The notes below the pieces were generated by a model. It saw only the letters and a list, made by a program, of their open reading frames with translations, did no database searches and was not told the origin of the DNA. A stretch of DNA of 63,355 nucleotides, filler included, from Octopus bimaculoides (lineage: Eukaryota): the NCBI RefSeq assembly GCF_001194135.2. It is 6 parts of 6 records of this genome, joined end to end, with 100 filler letters (N's around TTAATTAATTAA, not from the genome) between each part and the next. Parts side by side here need not be neighbours in the genome. Positions count along the whole stretch, not along the records: positions 1 to 11,775 come from NC_068985.1; positions 11,876 to 24,258 come from NC_068995.1; 4 more parts are not named here. One strand, written 5' to 3'. The position numbers and the translations under genes are program-made. Of the stretch, positions 1 through 12,548 are shown in pieces (position 1 is the first letter of the stretch; each line of letters begins with the position of its first letter).

Positions 1-107
1 GAGTATATGCATATATACATACAGGTATGTGCATACCGACATCCACCTGTATGTATAGGTGCATATCTGGGTACAGGACATTGCAAACAAACGTAGACGA
101 GAACACA

Positions 108-145
<38 letters not shown>

Positions 146-185
146 AAGGCGAAATAATAATGTTCTTTCCTTCTTATAATGATCT

Positions 186-395
186 TTTCTGTTATAGGCA
201 CAAGGCCTTAAATTGTGGGGGAAAGGAGAAGTTAATTACATCGGTCCCAGTGCTTATATGGCATATATTTTATCGATCCCAAGTGTATAGAAAGCAAAGT
301 CGACCTCGGCGGAATTTGAACTCTGAACATGAAAACGAACGAATAACAGGTAAGCATTTTGTCAGGCGTGGTAACAATTATGTCAGTTTGCTACC
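186..395 (-). mobile_element. tRNA-derived SINE family A (about 220 bp)
   Basis: B-box-like GAGTTCAAATTCC, core gaggtcgactttgc and ggccttgtgcc tail, all on the minus strand. Confidence 0.85.
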
Positions 396-537
396 AGTGT
401 TGTATTACATGAAGAAATTTCGCTACTGCCTTCCCCAAGCTTTCAGTCATGCTGTAACTTCTCTTATACTGCACTCGCCCTAGGACGCTGAGTGTGTCTC
501 GGCAAGTGATTGTAGCAGACATGCATATTGAATAATG

Positions 538-606
<69 letters not shown>

Positions 607-609
<3 letters not shown>

Positions 610-1030
610 TTCTTGGATTATGGAATGTATGAGCGTATTTGTTATCCCATTGAATGCTGAGCGATTGCTTGGAAAAAGTATGGCGAAGGGGAGGACGGAA
701 CTGACAGCATATGGAAGAAGTTTAGGTACAATACAAATCAGGAGAGGCATCTTCCAAGGGGACTGTCTGTTACCATTGTTCTTTGTACTGTGCATGATGT
801 TACTAACACTGATTCTGAGGAAAGCGAAAGCCAGGTATGTACTCAAAAGCCGCCAACAAAAACTCAACCATTTGTTTTTCATGGATGACCGCAAACTTTA
901 TGGTGAAGATGAATCTCAAGTCAGTTCCCTCGTTGATACAGTGTATACTTTCAGTACTGATATCAGAATAGAGTTCGGACTGAAAAAAAGTGTGGTATGT
1001 TAGTCTTGTAGAGAGGCAAAATCAAATGTA
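607..1030 (+). mobile_element. R4/Dong-like non-LTR retrotransposon RT fragment, 5'-truncated
   Basis: IRRGIFQGDCLLP...NHLFFMDDRKLY RT motifs directly after an (AAT)n array. Confidence 0.85.
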
Positions 1031-1048
1031 TGCACGGGCTAAAGATGC

Positions 1049-1251
1049 CCTTTCTGCTATAGGCATAAGGCCTGAAATTTTGGGTGAGAGAATAAGTCGA
1101 TTACATCGACCCCAGTACTGAATTTGTCGACCTCGAAAAGATGAAAGGTAAAGTCGACCTCGATTGAATTTGAACTCAGAACGTTGCGGCGGACGAAATA
1201 CTGCCAAGCATTTTGTCCAGCGTGCTAACGATTCTACCAGCTCGCCGCCTT
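1049..1251 (-). mobile_element. SINE family A, full length
   Basis: 5' GGCGGCGAGCTGGTAGAATCGTTAGCAC, B-box GAGTTCAAATTC and conserved body. Confidence 0.9.
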
Positions 1252-1645
1252 AAAAATGATAATAATGATAATGATAAAGGTCTGCGTCCTTGGCACGGCC
1301 AGAATAATCAGGTCAGTATCATATAGTTGAAAAAAGAACAGATAGCATGGTACCGTAGGCTGCAGGCAGCAATCCCGCTTCGCATGCAAGACTCCAGGAG
1401 CTACAACAAAGCCTTAGATAAAAAAAAATAACAATAATAATGACGATGATGATAATTATGATGATGGTGGTGGTGGTGGTGGTGGTGGTTTCTTTATTTG
1501 CCACTAGGGCGACGGTTGAAGGGGACATGCAAAGATGGACATAAAGTGTGGGGAATTCCATAGAATAGAAAGATAGAAGAAAAAAAATGCAATGATGATG
1601 ACGATGACGACGACGATGAGGACGGCGTCGACAACGACGACGACA

Positions 1646-1706
<61 letters not shown>

Positions 1707-2300
1707 GTTAGTCCTTTCGTATCGTTGTTCGTCATTGTTGTCGCTGTTGTCGCTGGGTTCCGGTCGTTGTTGCTTCAAAACATTTAAGCACAGAACAAAA
1801 CAAAGAAACCACAGTAAAAAGCATAAATACGTTTTCCTTTTTTTCTTTCTTTTTTTTGTATGCTTTTTTTAGTTTTTAAAAGATTTCTAAAGTGAAAAAA
1901 AAATAGAGAATAATAAAGGACAGTTAAAATCAATATTGAATAAATTAACAATTGCAATTGGAATCTCTTTAGCCTCCTGGGTAAATTCCTTCTCCTTTTT
2001 ATCTTTTTCCTGGTTTCAGAATTTTAATTTCACTTTTAATTTATTAGGCAGCGTTTTTGATTTTTTCAAAATTTTATTTATTTTAATTTATTTTATTTTG
2101 TATGTTATGATTCGTTTTATTGTAGTATCCGTCACTTTAATATATACTTTACATGTCTCCAATGTGTTGCTTGATTATGGTTTACAACCATATAACCCGC
2201 TCTTAAACTCCAATTCTCTAGGATATCTTTATCTTTTGTTAGTACTTATCTGATATCATTTTGTCTTTGATGATACTTCAATTTCACAATAAGGAAAACT

Positions 2301-2512
2301 ATGGATTTCAAATTGTGACACAAGGCCAGTAATTTCAAGTGAGAGGATAAGCCGGTTACATCAACCCCAGTACTCAACTGGAACTTATTTTATCGACCCT
2401 CAAAGGAGGAAAGATAAAGTCGATCTCAGCAGAATTTGAACTCGGAACATAAAGGGCTACGAAATACCGCGAAATATTTTACACAGCGTGCTAACGAGTC
2501 TGCCAGCTTACC
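2301..2512 (-). mobile_element. SINE family A
   Basis: Same head, B-box and tail as the other copies. Confidence 0.85.
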
Positions 2513-2577
2513 ATTCTAGTTTGGAATAATATTACAAGGAACATTTTTCCATGTTTGTTTCTTTTATGTTTTCGTTC

Positions 2578-2608
<31 letters not shown>

Positions 2609-2715
2609 CTTCTTCTTCTTCTTCTTCTTCTTCTTCTTCTTCTTCTTCTTCTTCTTCTTCTTCTTCTTCTTCTTCTTCTTCTTCTTCTAATTATCATTAT
2701 TGTTATTATTATTCA

Positions 2716-3255
2716 GTGAGAGAGCAGTGCATGCCATCAAAGTGGCACTGGGGTAAAATATACGAAGCCCATTATACCCCTCATGACTACCCGTCTGATA
2801 TGGGTATACCAGGTACATGCATCACAACCATATGTGCGCGACATGATGATCTCATATCAAGATAAACAGCGAATGACCTCGCAGGTTGGGCCCAGTTAGA
2901 ATTTTCTTCAGGTCGAGTAGCTCATCCCGTTCAAAAGGTCCCTGAATAAGGTTTGTTTAAGGATGTTGAGCAAAACACCCATGTTTCCAAAGGGGAATTA
3001 TTCAAACCCCAAAGAATTCCTCTCAACACATGGCTATGATGCACCTCCACTACTTCTGCTCACTATCAGAGATGCACATATCGTCAGCCACCAAGTGAAA
3101 TGCTCAACTGGTTAAGGTCAAACAAGTGACAAGCAAATCTGTGGTATTAAGCAGAATATTTGCTGTAGCCTATCTTTTTATACCAAGACAAAACAAAGTA
3201 CATGATAACACTTCCAATCAATTAATATCAGAGCCACTGCTTGGTACTGCATCCG
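2716..3255 (+). repeat. Unclassified interspersed repeat of about 500 bp, copy 1
   Basis: Colinear with 17447-17905 (gtgagaga.cagtgcat.ccatcaaagtg.cactggggtaaaatatacgaa...). Both copies follow trinucleotide arrays. Confidence 0.8.
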
Positions 3256-3258
3256 GGC

Positions 3259-3302
<44 letters not shown>

Positions 3303-3305
<3 letters not shown>

Positions 3306-5420
3306 GTTTGAGTTTTGCTTTGTATTTGTTCAAGTTGACTCCAACTCTTACCCAAAGACCTCAAGAGACAACAAATTAGAAATTCATGTTGGTGTTATGC
3401 CTAGGGTGTCATATATTTGGTTTTGCACATAGTATTGTTCTAGAGAATGTTTAAGAAGACATAAGAAAATTATAAGTTTGTTTTAAAATTTGAGATTATA
3501 TAGACAGTATTTTAAGTAGGATACGGGCAGTTGCCATGAGCACTATCTTTTGAATTTCTGCCATGATGGAATTTCCTGATATCTGAGCTAGGTAGGGATC
3601 AGCCCCTTTTTGCTATCATTTCTAGAGCACCTATGATAACAGGTATTGGTTTAGTCTTGAGATTCCACATTTTGCCAATTTCTATTTCAAGATCTTTATA
3701 CTTGCTCAGTTTTTGGTGGCTCTTGACAGATACATTTTTGTCGATTGGGTCAATTATATTAATGAGGAGGCATTATTTTTGTCTGAAGTCTTTCAATATG
3801 ATGGCAGAAACGTTAGCACGCCGGGCGAAATGCTAAGCGGTATTCCGTCTGTCTTTACGTTCTGAGTTAAGATGCCGCCGAGGTCGACTTTGCCTTTCAT
3901 CCTTTCGGGGTCGATAAATTAAGCACCAGTTGCATGCTGGGGTCGAAATTTCGGGCCTTGTGCCTAGTGCCTAGAGTAGAAAGGAATATAATGTCTGGCC
4001 TATTCGCATCTATCTTTCTGAGAGTTTGAACGGTCAAGTTTCAGAGGAGTAAGATGTAATCATTTTCAAGTACTGGAGGTAGTTTCTGTTCCCAACAGTT
4101 TTTATCATGAGGCAGGTCCAGGTTTTTGCGAATTACCCAGTGAATATATTGTGCTGCTCTATGATACCTGTTGAGATACTCTGTAGGCGCAAGAAGACTG
4201 CACACGGATACATGTTCAATGGTTTCATTTTATTGTTTACATACACGACATATTGGGCTACTGCCGTTCTTTAATATGTTGGCCTGGTAGTTCCTGGTAA
4301 GAAGGCATTGATCTTGAGCTACTATGATAAACCCTTCTGTTTCTGATTTTAAGCCAGAAGAAACTAGCCATTGATGGGTAAGGGCTTTGGGTATTTACCA
4401 TTGAGAGGCTTTTCCTGCCATTTATCAGTAAGAATATCTAAGGTAGCAGTTTTAGCACGGGTTTTCATACGCTTAACTTTTCTATGCTTGTTTCTAGTAC
4501 GTCTAATTCTGGGATTTGTTGTATCTGGAATTCACTTAGATATTCCTTTGTATGTTTTGTTACTATGATGCTTTCTTGTTTCCATTTTGTAAGACAAATT
4601 TTAACATCCAGTCCTCAGAGTTTTTCAGGTAGGTGTTTAGGCCAATTGTAGCAATCTTCATTGTTAATACCAGTTGTAAAAGTCCACGGCTACCCTCTTT
4701 TCTTGGCAGGTAAAGTCGTTCTATATCTGTCTTGGGGTGGTGCATTCTATGCATTATCAGCAATTTTCATATTTTTCTGTCAAGATTACATATTTCAGTA
4801 ATTGACCAGTTAACAATATTGAAACTGTATGTTACGACTGGTATGGCTAAAGTATTGATAGCTTCGATCCTGTTTCTTGCTCTGTCTTGAGTATTGCCCT
4901 TACTCTGCGATAACATTCTCTTCTGATCCTTTCCTTCATCATTGAATGTTTGATTCCATCACCTTCAAATACTCTTTGGTATTTGTAGCGCTCAGCTGGT
5001 TTTATGACATTTTGCTGGTCAAGATTAACTTTGGATGTTTCTGTCATTTTTCCTTTGATAAGGGTAGCTTTTTGCACATTTATCGAGGCCAAATTGCATC
5101 CTGATGTCATCACTGAATTGTTTAGTAAGCCCAGAATTGACTAGTAAGCCCTGCAGTTGTTGGTCATTTTTTTTTTTTTTGCAAAGCGCTTTAAATCGTC
5201 CATGTAAATGAAATGATTTATATTTTATATCAAACATTTTATAAGCCGTATTGTACATCATCGAGTAATTTTGAGAGAGTTATTAAGGCTAGACAAATGA
5301 GGAGTGGTGATAGAGAGTCACCCTGGAAAATGCCACATGAAATTCTTACATCTCCAGCATTAAGAGATTCATTGTCACTGTTCAAAATCAGTGTGGTTCT
5401 CCATGATCTCATACTTAAAG
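3303..5420 (-). mobile_element. R4/Dong-like REL-type LINE, 5'-truncated (RT plus REL endonuclease plus 3' end), interrupted by a SINE
   Basis: GIFQGDSLSPLL, YMDDLK, HHPKTDIERLYLPRKEGSRGL, ANRPDIILKD and KLSKYKDLEIEIGKMWNL motifs, with a (TAA)n tail. Confidence 0.9.
3803..3984 (+). mobile_element. SINE family A inserted in a LINE, with an 8-bp TSD
   Basis: Flanked by aatatgat (3795-3802) and aatataat (3985-3992). Confidence 0.9.
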
Positions 5421-5443
5421 ATATTATTATTATTATTATTATT

Positions 5444-5506
<63 letters not shown>

Positions 5507-5547
5507 ATTATTATTATTATTATCTGTTGCACATCAGAACACCTTCT

Positions 5548-5611
5548 CTACGTTGCTCTGAATTGTTTTGCATTAATAAAGTGCCAAACATCTTCCAGAT
5601 ACTCATTTTCT
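5548..5611 (-). CDS. Predicted terminal coding exon of an unrecognised minus-strand gene (I-ENEYLEDVWHFINAKQFRAT*)
   Basis: Very strong acceptor (catttttcttttgacatgtcttctttcag|A). The phase-2 start matches the phase-2 end of exon 6583-6507, and the frame is open to TAG at 5550-5548. Confidence 0.62.
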
Positions 5612-5896
5612 CTGAAAGAAGACATGTCAAAAGAAAAATGATGCCAAAAACCGGAAATTTAATCAAGAACTATTAATCAATAGCAGGTAACTAGTGGGAG
5701 GTGACAAACGGGTGTCAATAAACAAAGGCTTATCGGGTGTTAAGAGAAAAGTGCATGGCGCGTGTCAAAATGGGTGGATGTGAATGTTGTTTTATACCGG
5801 CTAACTAATCGATATTTTGAAAAATCGATCATGAAGTTATGATCTCGAGGGAGAAGCAAATGTGAGTAAAGGAAAAAAATGTTAAGGAGAGATGCG

Positions 5897-5898
<2 letters not shown>

Positions 5899-5947
<49 letters not shown>

Positions 5948-6094
5948 GGATGGATGGATGGATGGATGAATGGATGGATGGATGGATGGATGGATGGATG
6001 TCCTGAAAGATAGAGAGATAAATAGATGAATGGATGAATGAATGGATAGATCGATCGATTGATCGAGCGAAAGATAGATAGATACTTAGAGGAT

Positions 6095-6142
<48 letters not shown>

Positions 6143-6205
6143 ATGTATGTATGTATGTATGTATGTATGTATGTATGTATGTATGTATGTATGTATGTAT
6201 ATGTA
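5899..6205. repeat. Compound microsatellite (AGAT)n(GGAT)n...(AT)n(GTAT)n
   Basis: Direct reading. Confidence 0.95.
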
Positions 6206-6506
6206 TAGCGAGAGAGAGGGTGGCAAAGAAAGAGAAGAGGGAATAAATGGAAAATGAAACAAAATGAAAAAAAAAACAGTCGAATATAAATCGAATAGTA
6301 AGTAGTTATAGGAATGGACAGCGATATTTCGGGACAGCTATAATTAAAATAAAAGTTGTGACTCCACCATTAATGACACCAGGAGCAATTTATAATGAGC
6401 AATGAATATGGTGATGATAGCAGCGATAATAGAAATACTGTGGTAGAGAAAATATGATAATATGACAAAAAACATAAACATTAAAAAGACAATCATGCAA
6501 GCTCAC

Positions 6507-6583
6507 ATTAGAACAGAGATCCTTTTGATTGAAAGAAAGCATCGATTTCTTTGATTTTTGGCATTTTCTCCCAGTGGCATCAG
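6507..6583 (-). CDS. Predicted internal exon (LMPLGENAKNQRNRCFLSIKRISVL), 77 nt, phase 0 to 2
   Basis: Acceptor gtgcttgtctttag|CTG, donor AAT|gtgagc, open frame, phase-compatible with both neighbours. Confidence 0.6.
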
Positions 6584-6778
6584 CTAAAGACAAGCACACT
6601 CACCAAAATCTCATTTTAATTTGATAAATCTCAAAAAAAAAAAAAAAAATAACAATTAACAAATGACAAAATGGAGGGTTATATTACTTTCTTTTAATTC
6701 TTTTAAAATTAATTTCAATAATTTTTCTTCTCTCATTAATTTTAATTTGTTCACTCGCTCTGTTTTGGTAGTTTTTCA

Positions 6779-6829
<51 letters not shown>

Positions 6830-7269
6830 CTGTAACTTTCTCTAAATTTATTTTTCTTCTCTCACGAATTTCTAGCCTCCCGTATATTTATATTCGTTTT
6901 TAAGATATAAGCCATGTTGGCGCATCAAATACAAGCTTACATATATTCATTCCCATATGCAGTCATCCATGCATGCATGTGTGTATGTATGTATGTATGT
7001 ATGTACGTATGTATGTATAATAATACATTGACAACCACAATAACAACACTAACACAATAGCAACAACAACCATACAGTAACATCCCTACATTTCGCATAT
7101 TGTTTCGGCCTGCATTCTACAGAGATGCAACAAGGAAACATCTACGCTGTTGGTAAATGTAGAACTATCAGCAAAATCTCTCTGAATACTAACACCTTAA
7201 GAGCAACATGTCTGTGCCAATGTAAAATTATCATGTATTGTACTAGATAACAAAATATGATTTTACACA

Positions 7270-7620
7270 AGTGCTGGCATTGCTGAGTGGTTCGGGCATA
7301 TTTCTATTGTAACCTCTGGTCAGTCAAATATCTTTTGAGCGGGATTTGGTAGGTGGAAACTGTACGGAAACCTGTTGGATATATATGCTATTTGTGTGCG
7401 TGAGTGTATGTGTGTGTTTGTGTTCTTATATTTTTCGAACACCTGACAATCATTGTTGGCTCATCTTCGTCCCCGTAACTGAGCTGTTTGGCAAAAGAAT
7501 TCAATAGAATAAGTACCGACTTTAAAAGATATTTACAAGGCTCAATTTATTTTGAGTAAACCGTTCAAGTCAGTACCCTAGCAAGGCCGCAGTCCAATAA
7601 CTGAAACAAGTAAAAAAATA
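7270..7620 (+). mobile_element. tRNA-derived SINE family B (about 400 bp), diverged
   Basis: ggatttggtag..ggaaactg, ccccgtaact.agc...gaataagtac and actgaaacaagtaaaa segments. Confidence 0.75.
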
Positions 7621-7725
7621 AACTATAAAAGATAAAAAGATAGATTTATCACGTGATGTACCTCTGGTAGTCAGCTATAATAAGAGAGACAACCGTTTTT
7701 ATATTAAATTAAGCTGGTTTGAATT

Positions 7726-8126
7726 TACTCTTTTACTCTTTTACTTGTTTCAGTCATTTGACTGCGGCCATGCTGGAGCACCGCCTTTAGTCGAGCAAAT
7801 CGACCCCAGGACTTATTCTTTGTAAGCCTAGTACTTATTCTATCGGTCTCTTTTGCCGAACCGCTAGGTTACGGGTACATAATCACACCAGCATCGGTTG
7901 TCATGCAATGCTAGGAGGACAAACACAGACACACAAACATACACACGCACATATGCATATATACGACAGGCTTCTTTCAGTTTACGTCTACCAAATCCAC
8001 TCACAAGGCTTTGGTCGGCCCGAGGCTATAGTAGAAGACACTTGCCCAAGATGTCACGCAGTGGGACTGAACCCGGAACCATGTGGTGGGTAAGCAAGCT
8101 ACTTACGACACAGCCACTCCTGCGCC
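7726..8126 (-). mobile_element. SINE family B, full length
   Basis: Head GGCGCAGGAGTGGCTGTG, B-box GGTTCAGTCCC, internal microsatellite and (GAGTAAAA)n tail. Confidence 0.92.
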
Positions 8127-8294
8127 TAAAATGTTGAATCAAAATGTAATGGTGTACAAAATATGCATATTTAGTGTTTTCTACACGATGAACTGAAAAT
8201 TCTTAGTCGTTTGTAACCATGTAAAGCGTCATTCCATTCTTCTTTGGTTTTTTGACTAGAAATTTTAAGCTTTCTATAATGTGCAAGAGAATGG

Positions 8295-8520
8295 AATATT
8301 GGTTTCAAATTTTGGTACATAGCGAGCAATATCGGAGTAAGGAGTAAATCAATTACATCGACCCCATTGCTCAACTGGTACCTATTTTATCGACCCCGAA
8401 AGGATAATAAAAAAAGACAGGGTGGGCCTAGGCAGAATTTGAACTCCGAACCTAAAGACGGACGAAATGTCGCTAAGCATTTTATTCGATGCTGTAACAA
8501 TTCTCCCTGTTGGCTGCCTT
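8295..8520 (-). mobile_element. SINE family A
   Basis: Conserved head, B-box and tail. Confidence 0.85.
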
Positions 8521-9116
8521 AAGAGAAACAAATATTAAATGTTTTTATTTTGGTACTTTCAAAATATTTCTTGATTGAAAATTTCAAACATCGAAACCCG
8601 CCTTAGTTTAATTCAATCTAGAAGCGATTAGTTCTTCTTTGGTAGTGGACCACTAGGGATACATCACGTGACAAATAAAAAATTAGTTAACACTAAATAA
8701 ACAGATGGTCTTGTCTGGAATGGCTTTAATCAAAATTCTGTTCAATAAAGGCTGGACTAGGGAAATTACCACCACCACCAACAACAACAACAACAACAAC
8801 AACAACCTTATTCCGCCATCTTGCGTTTACCTTACGGTAATGACCTACACCGTCATAGCATTTTTACCTTGTATTATTATTTACCCACCACATTAGTCTC
8901 ATTTTACTCTGCGAAAAATCATCCCACCCCACCCAGCCACCCACCTCAACAAATTCACCGTTTTTCACCTCAGCAATAATGACCCCTCACAGTAATACCC
9001 CTCCTTCACCTCACAATAATACCCCATCCTTCCACCCTGGTTTAATGATTATTTATCGCTTTTGTTGTTGTTGTTGTTGTTATTATCATTATTATTATTA
9101 TTATTTTTATTATTAC

Positions 9117-9171
<55 letters not shown>

Positions 9172-10069
9172 TTGTTTTGGGGTTTTTTTTCTTTGCATTT
9201 TCGTTCTTCTTTGATGTATTTCGGTTCCATTTCTCTCTTCCTGTTAATGGGACATGTTTTGCTATGAGGAGCAGCAATAAGGTTCTAATAGCTTTCCCCT
9301 GTCTCTCCANNNNNNNNNNNNNNNNNNNNNNNNNNNNNNNNNNNNNNNNNNNNNNNNNNNNNNNNNNNNNNNNNNNNNNNNNNNNNNNNNNNNNNNNNNN
9401 NNNNNNNNNNNNNNNNNNNNNNNNNNNNNNNNNNNNNNNNNNNNNNNNNNNNNNNNNNNNNNNNNNNNNNNNNNNNNNNNNNNNNNNNNNNNNNNNNNNN
9501 NNNNNNNNNNNNNNNNNNNNNNNNNNNNNNNNNNNNNNNNNNNNNNNNNNNNNNNNNNNNNNNNNNNNNNNNNNNNNNNNNNNNNNNNNNNNNNNNNNNN
9601 NNNNNNNNNNNNNNNNNNNNNNNNNNNNNNNNNNNNNNNNNNNNNNNNNNNNNNNNNNNNNNNNNNNNNNNNNNNNNNNNNNNNNNNNNNNNNNNNNNNN
9701 NNNNNNNNNNNNNNNNNNNNNNNNNNNNNNNNNNNNNNNNNNNNNNNNNNNNNNNNNNNNNNNNNNNNNNNNNNNNNNNNNNNNNNNNNNNNNNNNNNNN
9801 NNNNNNNNNNNNNNNNNNNNNNNNNNNNNNNNNNNNNNNNNNNNNNNNNNNNNNNNNNNNNNNNNNNNNNNNNNNNNNNNNNNNNNNNNNNNNNNNNNNN
9901 NNNNNNNNNNNNNNNNNNNNNNNNNNNNNNNNNNNNNNNNNNNNNNNNNNNNNNNNNNNNNNNNNNNNNNNNNNNNNNNNNNNNNNNNNNNNNNNNNNNN
10001 NNNNNNNNNNNNNNNNNNNNNNNNNNNNNNNNNNNNNNNNNNNNNNNNNNNNNNNNNNNNNNNNNNNNN

Positions 10070-10126
<57 letters not shown>

Positions 10127-10270
10127 CTCTCTCACTTATTTCATGTATATTCATTGCATACCACTTGCTGTCCTTACGCTGTCTTATACACGTTATTTTT
10201 TTCATTCTACCCATTCTACTCAAACTCCCGCCGTCACTCCTCTCACTCAAGTTCTCTACATCCCAGTCTT

Positions 10271-10302
<32 letters not shown>

Positions 10303-10980
10303 TTTCTCTCTCTCTTTCTCTCTCCCCTCTCTCTCTTTCTCTCTCCCTCTCTCTCTTTCTCTCTCCCCTCTCTCTCTTTCTCCCTCCCCCTCTCTCTCTC
10401 AATTTGCTTGTTTATCTCTCTTTATATATTTTCCTCAATCTATCTCTCTTCCTATCTGCCTCACTCTCTCAACCATCTTCCTTCCTTACCCGCCCACCCT
10501 TTCTATATCACTATTTCTATAACCGTCTCTCCCTCTCCCATATTCCTCCCTATCACACACACTCATTTTCTCTTCCCCTTTCCCTCACTGTCTTTGTCTT
10601 CCTGTCTCACTCTCTCGCTCTCTCTCTCTCTCTCTTTGCCCCTCTCTCAATTTCTGTCTCTCTCATTCTGCCACACTACCAATTCCCTCTCTTTTCTTCT
10701 TTATAGCTTTCACCCTATATGTGTCTTCTACACACTCCCATCTCTTTTCAACTGTTCCTCTATCCTTCACTTTTTCTGTCGTTCTCTCTTCATTTCCCAA
10801 TAACAGTATCTCCCTCTCTCCTCCCAATCTCCTAATCTCTCCTTCCGCAATATCTCTCCATGAAATCCCCTCTCCACTCTCCTCTTTCTATCCCAGTCTT
10901 TCTTTCTTTTTCCTTCTCTCTCTCCCTCTACCGCCTTCTTTCTTTCTTTCTCTTAACCCCCCCCCTTTCCTCTCTTACCT
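10070..10980. repeat. Imperfect CT-rich (polypyrimidine/polypurine) tract
   Basis: Direct reading. It is the source of several spurious Ser/Leu ORFs. Confidence 0.95.
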
Positions 10981-11025
10981 CCCTCCGTGTCCCTACCCAC
11001 ACAGCCTACCCTACCCCTCTTTTAC

Positions 11026-11175
11026 ACGATCAGGAATTCCCGGCGGTACTTTTGATCTTTGCATGCCGTTAGATGTCTGTAATAAACCAATTGATGATAT
11101 TCGTGATTCAGGCGGGATTCTGGCAAACATGTTTTTGAAACGAAGTCCGTCTTTTGTGCCAATATATAAGAGGAC
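11026..11175 (-). CDS. Predicted internal exon (VLLYIGTKDGLRFKNMFARIPPESRISSIGLLQTSNGMQRSKVPPGIPDR), 150 nt, phase 0 to 0
   Basis: Long polypyrimidine acceptor (ttttatatcttttattcctttgtcaag|GTC) and 50 open codons of non-repetitive sequence amid low-complexity DNA. The donor CGT|gtaaaa is weak, so the 3' boundary is the least certain part. Confidence 0.65.
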
Positions 11176-11438
11176 CTTGACAAAGGAATAAAAGATATAA
11201 AATAAAAGAATAAATAAAAGCAGCAACTGCAAAAACAAAACAACAACAAATAAATAAATAAATATATTAATGTATAAAACAGCAACACTAACATGGGGGA
11301 AAAGACAAACTAAAGAAACATGATAAAAGATTTAAAAAAGTACAAACAAACCATCGGAATTAGCAACACCAACAATAACTTGTTGTCAAAGGTTAAGATA
11401 AGATTATGAATATTATCCATTTTTATTGCGATTAATAC

Positions 11439-11494
<56 letters not shown>

Positions 11495-11528
11495 GCACCA
11501 TTATTATTACTGCTACTACTATTAAGTA

Positions 11529-11725
11529 GGGCGGTTGAGTGGCGGTATATGTATGATCCTACGCTTTACGTTCTGAGGTCAAATCCCGCCAAAGTCAACC
11601 TTACCTTTCATCCTTTCAGGGTCGATAGAATAAAGTAAAGTACCAGTTGAGCCTTGGGATCAATATAATCGATTTACCCCCTACCATGGAGATTGCTGAC
11701 CTCCTGCAAAATTATTGAAAGAATT
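11529..11725 (+). mobile_element. SINE family A
   Basis: gttctgaggtcaaatccc...tttcatcctttcagggtcgat body. Confidence 0.8.
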
Positions 11726-11727
11726 AA

Positions 11728-11767
<40 letters not shown>

Positions 11768-12548
11768 GCTATTAANNNNNNNNNNNNNNNNNNNNNNNNN
11801 NNNNNNNNNNNNNNNNNNNTTAATTAATTAANNNNNNNNNNNNNNNNNNNNNNNNNNNNNNNNNNNNNNNNNNNNATACCGTTGTGTCTGGGGAGAGTCA
11901 TTTTCTTTTTTGTGCTTTAACACACTCACCGGTAAAATTTCCACTTATTCCTTATTTTTATTTTCCTAAAATTTTCGTTATGTCTTGCAAACTTTTCAAT
12001 TGTCTTGAATATTAGAAAGTTTGCAAGACGGAATTATTATGGGACTCATCTCCTCCTTCATTTGTGTATGTTGTTATTTACGAATTCCAAATACGTCATC
12101 CACAACTCTATGAGAACGATAATCTTTTTATAAGATTACGAAATATATTTGTTGACGTGCGTATATTTCGGTGAAGCAGCTGAAAGTAAACTTCGCTTGC
12201 CCTTGTTTGATTCTTCCAGACTGTGACACACCTAACCTTTAATACTTGGGACTGTTGAATAAATCTAAGGAAAAAAAAATATATTTTATACATTTATTAT
12301 GGACATTCACATTTTCACAGAAACATCTGTAGGATTTCTTTTTTAGAAATGTAAAAACTAATCTTTATGGAAAGCGATCGACAACATCTAATGTATGTTT
12401 AAATGCGTCTCTGTGTATGAGTATGTGAGTGTGTGATTGTAGTGGAATGTGTGAATGAATGCACACTGGCTTGTTTTTGCATGTGTATTACGTTAAAATG
12501 GTGAGCATGTATTGCAAATTGAGAAATCAATGTTAGAATGTTCCTTAC

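Noticed and set aside
1049-1251. tRNA-like A/B boxes in SINE heads
   Set aside because: They are SINE promoters with no cloverleaf, so they are not called as tRNA genes.
9167-10706. Very long ORFs in the track containing X runs (also near 15k, 17k, 29-31k, 39k, 40k and 56k)
   Set aside because: They are produced by assembly gaps and flanking microsatellites.
10721-11191. + strand ORF ending GIPGGTFDLCMPLD...RTLTKE*
   Set aside because: It is the in-register antisense shadow of the minus-strand exon 11175-11026, which is the one that fits the spliced chain.
11776-11875. TTAATTAATTAA flanked by N runs, recurring at 11820, 24303, 44379, 57578 and 61956
   Set aside because: Where counted, it is exactly 44 N + 12 nt + 44 N = 100 bp with stops in all six frames. 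This is an artificial scaffolding spacer, not biology.
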